In this document: in pieces, positions 54,771 to 64,000 of the stretch
How the letters are laid out: every line of letters starts with the position of its first letter
How positions within the stretch are numbered: the stretch's first letter is position 1
Assembly: GCA_020137815.1 (NCBI GenBank)
Contig: CM035353.1
Span: 5,642,001-5,706,000, forward strand
Origin: Hormiphora californensis
Taxonomy: Eukaryota; Animalia; Ctenophora
DNA length: 64,000 bases
Direction: 5' to 3'
Made by a program: the position numbers and the translations under genes
The notes under the pieces: model-generated
What the model was told of the DNA's origin: nothing
Database searches by the model: none
The model's input: only the letters and a program-made list of their open reading frames with translations

Positions 54771-57700
54771 ATGCAAAGAATCGATCTCAGCGAGCCCAAA
54801 AAGAGAGGTCTTTTAAAGAAGTATTTTAAGGGAAGACATGTGGAGGATGATGATAAGGATAGTAAGTGAATGATTTCAGTTTTCATCGAATAGCCATGAA
54901 TTCTGAATAGTAGTCAGTAGTATAATTAAGTATACACACTCTGAAACCCAACGAGTATTTAGAGTATATTCACTAAATATTCTATATAAGTAGCTTTTCA
55001 CACACACACAAAAAGTGATATATTCTGATAGTATCTCTTTACATTCTAGGTGATACAGATAGTTTGGAGGACTGGTTGAAAGATGAAGGAGGGTTTCACG
55101 ATCCCAGCAACGATGTCCTCTGTATGTACGAGTAAGTGTGAACTAGCTTTCTTGCTGCAATTAATTGCAAGAACGATATTATAGATATGACTTTTTTTGG
55201 GTCGAACTATTGCGGTCTAATATCAGTCAGATGTATTATAGCTATCACTGAATTTTATATAATCTAGAAATGGCAGATCTACCGCCTGGGCCAAAAAAAA
55301 CGTGGGGTACGCCGAGCCTCATATCTCCCAAATCGTAACTTCTATCACTCTGATATTTTGACACAATTTTTGTATACCTACTCATTCGAGGAATCCGGAG
55401 TTTCAATTCCTAAAACTTCAAAATTCATTAATGAACTCAATTTTTCATTTTTCGGGGTTTTCGAGGTTTTCTCTTGTTTATATTCAATTTTATTCTTAAA
55501 AATGACCGCCGTGCAATAGAACAACTAACAACAAATGGCAATCTGCATTTTTATTAAAATTGAATCAAGTTTAGTGGGTGAAATAAACAATATAAAACTG
55601 TTCATTTTAACCAAAAATCGATTTTGACCCGTTTTAACGAGAAATCGGTAATTTCAGGCGCTAAAAATTGGTAAGGCCATTGCACTTGATCAATGTTGAT
55701 GTTAGCCGGAATTTTAGCTCTCTATCTCAAAGTTCATTTTTCCGACTGGAATAAATCCTGAATGAACTTGAAAACAGGAATGCTTTTCCGAAAATTTATT
55801 TCATAGTCGCCTTTGGGTATCGATTTCCTTTCAAACGCGACTAATTTTAGCTCAATTAGACCACCACAAGAGACACAGTGGCCATTTTTCTAACCCTATG
55901 TCTGGTCATATGACCCCCATTGAGACACTAGTGTCATTACGAAGTGCCAATAAGCAGGTGTAACGGTCGAGTATCACGTATCACATCTGCTAATGAGGAC
56001 GGTGTACCGATACAGCGTCCGTTAGAATGTAAGTCCTCTTGCTAACACGTCATAATTTGATGGGGATCACATGACTTAACCTAGGCTTGGTAAACTGGTC
56101 ACCGTGATTCTTGTGGTGATCCAATTAAGCTCAAACTGGTCGCGTTCGAAAGATAATCGATAGCCAAACAAATTTGTGAAACTTTGGTACCGAAATATGG
56201 TCCCATTTTGGTGTTCATTCAATGTTCATTCGGGCGAAAAAAATGAACTTTTATCCAGAGGGCTGAAACTCCGGATTCTTCGAATGAGTACCCATACAAA
56301 TATTGTGTCAAAATAACAGAGCGATGGAAGTTAAGATTTGGGAGATATGAGGCTCGGCGTACCCCACGTTTTTTTTGGCCCAGGCGGTATCATGGCTATT
56401 TATTGAGCGAAAGCTAGTATACCATCGACAAACAAAGCATATCATGTCACTATATATATCTCCGTGACACATCATGTGTACCGAGCAAGATGCCCGCTAA
56501 CTATCGGTACATTAGTATAATTATAGAACATATATAGGTACACTCTTTACTAGGTGTGCTCGGCATGTTTATATACAGGGTGTCCCATATAATATATATT
56601 CTCCGGGTCGGTACTTGTACTTGTATTACAAGTGTTTAGACGTCTAGTTACAAGTTGTAACTATATAGACGTCTAAACACAGAGGCATGTTGGACAATGG
56701 ACATATAGTCAATTAACCGTATTTTACCCCGAAATACCGGGAACTCCGGCCCGATTTACCAGGCCCAAGCATTCTGCACTAGAACTATAGCGATTATTAT
56801 AGACATCACGATCATAATTCCCTGCATAGATAACTGATAATAAAGTCATTGACAAGTTTCATATATTCCGTTCAGAAAGGGTCATTCAAGTAGGCCAGAC
56901 GTAAGGGGTTCAAGATACACAGCTCACGCTCCTGGCTCCTGGCAATGGAGTCAACCCCACGAACAATTCAGGTACATTATAAATATCAGATTAGTAGATA
57001 TAGTAGAGAATACCGGCGGCCTCTAGGGTTGAACAACATGTAAACACGGTGGTTTGTATATCTACTAATCTTCATGCGGCTCATAAACATTTGGCCATTA
57101 CAATCTCTGTTATCTATAAATATCAGTAGTCAAAGAATCTATACATTAAAAGAAAACAACGATTTGCGGTACTAGTATTCAATTAAGAACAGGCAGATAT
57201 GCATACAGTAAACTATTGCTTCTAATGTATATTCGTCTACACAGGAACTGGATTCCCCCAGTGCCCGAGAGGCAACAGGGAGTCAACGAACCATACCTAA
57301 ACTTGGTGAGCGATTACACCCCACACCGCATCAGAAAAAAAGGCCCCAAATGGTATGTAAATATTATTTGCTTGAAGCTTTTGTCAAAATGGCTTTTTAA
57401 TTCTGGTTGGATAATAAATGAACTAGAAGAAATGTGCATCTATTATAGACCAAATCTGATTATCTAAAAAATTGCGTTCCTAAAATACACGATTCATTAT
57501 TAAACAGGTTTGTTGAGAGCATGTTCAAGCAACTGGAGAAGGATAGTTTAGCTTTGGATCATGTCGGTAACCTTGCAGTTTTAATGGCAAAAAGCTTTCC
57601 TATCGTTATCTTTAACAAACGAGGTATCTATCTTGGTTACCATGTCTCCCATAATGAGCTGATCAACGCTGTTATATACGTGAGCTTGTGTGGAGGCCGG

Positions 57701-58929
57701 AGGAATAATTTCATAATTATCACGCGTTGATGATTATAGTTTGATTTACGCAGACAATATTAATACTCTCTCATTACCCAATTCTCTGAACAAAGACACC
57801 ACTTTCTAGCCAGCAAGAGTGGTCGGAAGTTGACCAAACTAATTCGGCAGATAATGGCTAATCGGGAGATATCAGATTCAGCTTTACTTGATATCATAGT
57901 AGATCCTGTCAACTCTAGGGCTGGCAGAAAGATATACAAAGTAGGTTAATAATAATATCCATCATCAATCATCATCACATGCTTGTATCAGCTGCCCTGT
58001 AAACCCAGCTCAAAATACGGTGGACCTGCCATACCAATGCCATAAATTTTGTAATGTTTTCTAAAAACCCAAGAACATACTGAGAATAAAATGACGATGG
58101 ACGCTCATGTTATAGTGATTTGATACTAAAATAGAAGCACAATAAACGGTTGAATATCCCATCTTTTACGTGTAATATCAAGAGACAAGAAGATCTGAAA
58201 TAAAAGAAATTTTGTATGGTGCAGGTTTAGAAAGCAATAAAGGGATCACGTGCTGTAATTCTCATGGTATCAGCACCATCCTAATATCGAACTATAAAAA
58301 GCTATTTTACGAGAACTGCGAAAGTCTATTTTGTCAATCTCGATCACCTGCACCAAATTATGTATATCACGTGTTATATCATATCATTTCTTGTCTCTTT
58401 TTTCATGAGCTGATATTACAAAAACTCAGCTTGTAATTTAGATTTCGTTTCAGGATTTGCAAGCAGTAACGGGTTTATCAGAACTCCCCATTGTAATGAT
58501 AAACGAAAAGACAGTTGGAAACTATGAGGCACTCAAAAAAGCAATTAAAACAGGTCAGCATGTTGTGCATTTGACTGACAAGTTAATGAACCAAACTTTT
58601 AGTAGGACTTCCTTCTGAACGTTTGGTTCATTAAGCTCAGCTTAAATTATCCATCGAAATCTTGCCATGACCTCATATTTGGGGGGAGGGAGGGGGCCGC
58701 AAGCTAACTCCTTCACCAAAAAAAGTTATTTTATCCAAATCTAGCTTTTAATAAAATAACTTCACTACAAGTACATGCACCAGGGGACTTCCCCACTTGC
58801 GTATTATTGTGCCAGTATTTTTTCAGTAATATTGCAGCTCAGTATCTATATCTTTTGACAGGTGTCATTCTACCTATGATACTGGCAGCAACTAAACTTG
58901 ATCCATCAAAATGTGAGGACTGTGGATGA
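54771..58929 (+). CDS. Glutaredoxin-fold cluster gene G5
   Basis: Exons ~54771-54861, 55050-55131, 56876-56971, 57245-57351, 57508-57623, 57809-57940, 58454-58553, 58862-58929 give KGPKWFVESMF..NLAVLMAKSFPIVIFNKR..YKDLQAVTGLSELPIVMINEKTVGNYEALK..SKCEDCG*. Confidence 0.82.
55282..56387. mobile_element. Non-autonomous TA-TSD element (Tc1/mariner-like) with long TIRs
   Basis: TA|CCGCCTGGGCCAAAAAAAACGTGGGGTACGCCGAGCCTCATATCTCCCAAATC and its reverse complement|TA; imperfect inverted symmetry continues inward. Confidence 0.88.
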
Positions 58930-58991
58930 GTTGTTTTCACAGATACAAGTCAAAATGTGAGGACTGTGGATGAGTTGTTTTCACAGATACA
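58906..58991 (+). repeat. 44-bp tandem duplication spanning the G5 CxxC and stop codon
   Basis: TCAAAATGTGAGGACTGTGGATGAGTTGTTTTCACAGATACA x2. Confidence 0.9.
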
Positions 58992-59059
58992 GAATGCAGA
59001 TGCTGAATTGTCTAATGATCTGTGGAAGTGAGATGCGAATAACATTGTTTAATTATGAG

Positions 59060-59536
59060 GGTGATTGCTAAGTTGAAAATTTTTGAATACACAATTTTAA
59101 AGTGTTGCACGTGTATTGGGATGTTCTAGGGACTAATTTCCGTGTTTTGAAATTTTAAAATTTCAAAAATTTTTTTCGATTTTTCCCCGATTTTTCACTG
59201 AAAACAAGGGTCACAAAAGTGGCTTGCGACTCGAAGCGGCTCAACCGTTTGGGCTAAAACTTCGAATATCAGTAGAAAATTACCCACTGAATACCAGACA
59301 TATTGTTCGCAAGGGATATTTTGAGTATACAGCAAGGTATACAAAATATAGTGCTCCATTGACTTCATTAACCCTAAAATTCCCATTATTTACGCAAAAA
59401 CGCGGGTTATGAAAGTCGCTTGCGACTCGAAGCGGCTCAACCGTTTGGGCTGAAACTTCGGAAATCAGTAGAAAATTACCCACTGAATACCAGACATATT
59501 GTTCCAAAGCGATATTTTTCAACTTAGCAACCCCTA
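59060..59536. mobile_element. MITE-like element (TTGCTAAGTTGAAAA inverted ends, internal direct repeat)
   Basis: Inverted ends ~59065-59080 / ~59516-59530; ~59217-59320 repeated at ~59414-59515. Confidence 0.62.
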
Positions 59537-59736
59537 GTGATTATATTATCATCATTTACAAATTTGGGGACATTTGAAGTGACAATATGTAGTTGTAAAA
59601 TGTGAATATGAATGTAGACATTTTATACTATTTTCGAAAAGATTCCCAGTACTCTTAATAAACTTCCTAGTCTCAATTTAACAGCTCCTTCTTTTTTACC
59701 CCCATTATTATTCTCCCCCTCTTTATAGATCAAGCC

Positions 59737-62700
59737 ATGGCTGCTATCAACATTGTGGATGAGATAGCTGCCTCATCGAGCAGCGAAGAAGATGATGATC
59801 ACGAACAGGTATAAATTAATTTTACAATTTAGTATTTTGTCACAGAAACCTATTATAATATGGCAAAGCGATTGTACTGACAATCTCAGACTCGGTAATT
59901 TCACCTTTCAGCATTCAACTGAAGAAAATAAGAATGAAGCCGATGAAACCTTGCCCCACCATTTGGAGATCTACAAAAGAAAGTATGTTGTGAGATCTGA
60001 TGACTGATACAGTCGGACCCCAATTCACCGGGATGCTCGGGGGTTTGCCCAGTAAATCGGCGTTCCCGTTATATCGGGGTTAAATACCGTTACTTTCCCA
60101 TTTCGGGAGAAGTTTATCCTCCCGGTAAATCGGAGTCCGACTGTACTGAGACCTGAGAAATTAGGAAGATATAGACAATTCTATCTTGTTTTTGATCCAC
60201 CCAGGCCCGAGTTCAATCACATCATGAAACGATATGAGGAACAGAAAGATGTGGAGCGGCAACGTAACAAGGATTTAGAAACGGAGAGCAAAATTCAATG
60301 GCAGCATAAACATTTTAGACCTTTTTCTAACAAGAAACCGGATAAGAAAAAACAAAATTTGCATGTTTTGAAAAACAGGTGAATTGTTATTTAATTTTAA
60401 AGTTTTTACATTGTAACATTGTTCAGGTATTCATGTTTTTTTCGCAGATTTTACAAAAATAATGTAAACCCGACACCTGGGCCGAAAAACAACACATTTT
60501 TCTTCAGTTCATATTACTTACAACCTGGCGATAATGAAATGATGATGGAATTCAATGCTAAGAAATCACGACAGCGCTACAGACGGTTCATTGAGGATAA
60601 GCAGGCTAAACACAACGAAGGGAGGTAAGTATAAGTTATACCACATTTTTAAACTGACTCATTTCATATTGTTATTGTTACAATGTCACCATAAAAACAG
60701 TTAGTAGTTTGAGCCCGAACAGGAAGTTGTTCATATAGATCGACTTTAGCTTAGTTTTTAGCGATATTGTCATGATTAAATTTCCTGCTTCATCCTCATA
60801 CAATGGTTATCTATTAGAACAGACTTTGAGCCATACTACGGTGAAAATGGAGACGTATCCCGCGCTGCTCGAATGAGGGAACTAGAACTGATTCACGGAG
60901 ATAAAATATGGGATAGGAAATACCATGCCAAAAAGGGAGATACATATCTTCAACAAAAACACCGGTCAGTTAAGGGGCAAATGGTTTTCTATTAATACCT
61001 ATAATCCGCTTGGATTTCTCGAATTTATTGAATGATTGTTATATGTTTTTCTCTTCTAAACACTATATGCTGCTTAGATCCAAGCAAAGAAAAAGCTACA
61101 TTTCAGTTATGTTTCAGTGATTTTGAAAAATATTGGGCTGGCGAGGAGGGAAAATGGAATGATCGATTTCATGAGGCAGGCGACTGGGGAGTGCTGAAAC
61201 CTCATTCTAGGTATTTTATCGAGCTGTATATAAGGTGTGTCGTTTGTTTATGATACAGCTTTTTGTCGTGTGCAGATTTCGAACAAGCTGAAGCTTTATC
61301 CACTCGCAAGATGTTGCTGTGAAGTTGTAAAGTGCACTTTTTTAGATCGGGGTGCGGTCGAACATATCAAAGTACCCTGGTATAAGCTGCACGACTTGAA
61401 GAGTAGAACAGCTTTTATACACCACTCTGATATCTTTCTCAAATCCATTAGGAAGCCAGTCAGAGAGTATGCCCAAGCAAATGGTCGCGATCCATATGAC
61501 CTCTTACCGGAGAGTCTTTACCCTCATCACGACAAATACTGGAATCACCACTGGTTCGACCATTACCATGATTTTGAAAGGAGCAAAAAGTTAACTCTCG
61601 CCTATCACCATCGGTACATATAGATTGCAATTTATCAGATCTTTGAAAGTTTCCAGTGAATTATTGTAAAGTTATACGACTAAAAGTAAATAAAAAAAAT
61701 AAAAAAGGCCTTACCCTATCAAATTTGCATAATATAATATTCAACTGAACCCGCATCGTCGATGGGTTCATAGTGATCGGGGAACATAATGGTGAGATAT
61801 TGCAGGTTCCACAATGAGACAGTGAACCTGGAGGACTACTATCACCCAGAGATACGTAACATGGGACCAGAGTGGTGGATAAAACACCTGAGGAGGCAGT
61901 TAGAAACTGAACCAAGATCCATGGGGCTCATCGGCAATGTGGCTGAGCTGATCATCAACAACTTTCCCATCGTCATCTTTACCGCCAAATGTAAATTCTC
62001 ATTAACAGCTTTATATGGTCTAACCTTGCCTAGCTAGACTGTGTGTAAAGAAGGGTTAGAACATATCAAGTCTAACCAGCTCCTTTACATTTGTATTAAG
62101 AAGTGTTAGTATGAATATATTTACCTACAATTGCAGATGAGAAAGAACACAAGAAAACGATAGACATGATCGAGAAGGCGAGAATGAAGGCCCACGTTAT
62201 TCCTGATGCCATAATGATTCTTGAACTGGATAACTCAAGGGCGGGGTTGAAGATCTTCAGCGATCTACGTCATTTCTCGCCGGTAATGGTAACATATGTA
62301 ACTACTAGATGGAGTATTTCTCGCCAGTATACTTGTTTGATTGCCATTGCAAAAGAAATAATCATGCAATGAATCTCGATCGGATTCATAAAATGGCCTT
62401 ATACGTAGCACGTTTATATTTTTCCTCACGTATCAACACTGCACTCTTTTCAGATGGCTCAGTTACCGCAAGTGTGGTTTAATGGCAAGCTGCTGGGAAC
62501 TTATGAAACTTTGAAACGACTAAAGAAGTAAGATAACTACATTCCTCAATGCATCTTAATTTAATTTTCGATCATATATTTTTGTCTGAGACAAATATAT
62601 TTTTCTAAGAACACCTCGATAAAACACGGAACACCTTTATTATTATACCTACAGGCTGCAAAGATTGGTGCCATTGCTACGTGAGACAGAGTTTGAGGGT

Positions 62701-62811
62701 AAAATGCCATGTGAACATTGTCAGGCGGTGGTCCACGATTGGTACGGCAAGTGGCACCGTCAGCACTACCCCTACTTCGACAAAAACCTTCCATATGAAG
62801 GATGGCCCTAG
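59737..62811 (+). CDS. Glutaredoxin-fold cluster gene G6 (long His/Trp/charged N-terminal extension; junction near 61210-61347 unresolved)
   Basis: ~11 exons; C-terminal exons ~61806-61990, 62137-62282, 62454-62527, 62655-62811 give MGPEWWIKHL..NVAELIINNFPIVIFTAKYEKEHKK..FSDLRHFSPMAQLPQVWFNGKLLGTYETLK..PCEHC. Confidence 0.78.
60010..60143. mobile_element. pogo-like MITE, TA TSD
   Basis: TA|CAGTCGGACCCC ... GGAGTCCGACTG|TA. Confidence 0.88.
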
Positions 62812-63069
62812 CTGACTGATCAAGTTTCCATTCACAAATGGGTTTGAAAAACTCTAAAAAAGTGTTTGAAGTGTTTTTCTCGTTTGAAATCCTGTTTGTT
62901 GAAACATTTTACCGTTATCTTTTATTTGTTTTAGCTGTATAATTATAGAACAATCAGTTGTTTTTCTATTAATGTATGCAATACTATACAAACTAAGACG
63001 CCTGCAACTATATTATACAATTGCATGACACCCTATAACTCACTCTCCAATCTCCTCTAGCTAATACAC

Positions 63070-63864
63070 ATGGGTAAGCGAATAGAGATCGAGGTCATCT
63101 CCAGCTCCAGCTCCTCCGAGTCAGAAGGAGAGGATGACAGACAGCCACCGATGTCAGAGCAGGAAATCAGGCGCCAAATGAGGAAGGTGACGAATGTGAT
63201 GAAGCCTGAACATGTCCGACATTATGGTAGGTACAAGTATACCCGCTGGTATTACCCTTCTACTATTATACCACTTCCGGGTGACCTGCTACATTTAACC
63301 GGGGTTTGTTTATTATACTCAGCTAGTACTAACATACCTTTTAAATTTTAAGATATGAGGAATCTTAAGAACAAGCTGCTTGGAAAGAAGAAGCGTCCTG
63401 CACCAAATCCACCACTCAAATTTGGTTCACAACCTCCCACATTACACAGGTATTATTACACAAATATAGTGGAACCTAAAATTAGTGTACAAGAGTAAAA
63501 GTACGTTAATGTTCAGTACATTCAGTTGGATAACTTGATAGTGGCATATCGAATACAGTTGGTCCCAATGAGAAGGGTGTTTCTCACGCCTTTGAAAAGT
63601 TCATAACTACTTTGCTGATTGAGATAGTACCAGTATTATACGTTTTGACACGTTTTGGAAGGATAGCAAGTTGAATGAAAGCAAAATTTTGGCTCAATCT
63701 CAGATACAAGGATGGTGAAAATAGTTTGATGACAGTCCAATCTAAGCGATCAACATACAAAGGGACCTCCATATTGCCTCCATCCTTCAGTGGGCTAAAA
63801 GAAGAAAATCGAACACCGCAACACTTTGTATCAAAGGCCAGAGCCGTTCATTGGAGAGACCCAA
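63070..63864 (+). CDS. 5' part of a probable seventh cluster gene (G7), continuing beyond the window
   Basis: Phase-compatible exons ~63070-63226, 63353-63449, 63791-63864; N-terminus MGKRIEIEVISSSSSSESEGED resembles G2/G4/G6; the Grx domain is not within the window. Confidence 0.6.
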
Positions 63865-64000
63865 GGTAAATACAAATTCTCGATTTTTAATTTAGTCCCC
63901 ACATTCTCTCTGCAGTAATAAAAACGTGTAGAAACACATATGATGTCACTATAAGAAAATATTATTATCACAGTTTGTTAGTGAAAAAAGATGTTGAGGA

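Noticed and set aside
58927-58929. TGA after CEDCG in G5 as selenocysteine
   Set aside because: It is not at the Grx active-site position, paralogues have no Cys there, no SECIS was recognised, and the apparent continuation comes partly from a 44-bp tandem duplication.

Overview
Intron-rich, AT-rich animal DNA, most likely from a ctenophore. I recall the two commonest MITEs, which translate as 'QEPTETSKQPIRT..LGHVTG' and 'QSDPDLPG..PRFTG', from Pleurobrachia gene models; this assignment is from memory and unverified. Left to right: a near-complete CR1/L2-group LINE (PHD + CCHC ORF1; APE+RT ORF2 with no ATG, joined to ORF1 by an A_AAA_AAC heptamer). Next is a ~4 kb near-identical tandem duplication, probably an assembly artefact, carrying an ankyrin-repeat gene. 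Then a ~1290-aa receptor (signal peptide, lectin-like domain, LDLa repeats, rhodopsin 7TM, no LRRs), a C2-domain gene and a 7-exon rhodopsin-class GPCR. From ~31.9 kb to the window end is a head-to-tail cluster of six, probably seven, highly divergent glutaredoxin-fold genes, visible only after manual splicing. They lack the CxxC/CPYC active site and mostly share a GP-x-x-W helix before the fold, a CxxC after it, and basic/Ser-acidic N-termini, yet they have almost no intron positions in common. An F-type-lectin-like gene lies antisense inside the cluster. Introns hold many non-autonomous elements (pogo-like, hAT-like, piggyBac-like, Kolobok-like, Helitron), including a 4.5-kb and a 1-kb foldback and a minisatellite built from a 3' splice site. 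All gene models are hand-built from GT-AG phase compatibility and protein motifs; no database search was run, and exon coordinates marked ~ are approximate.
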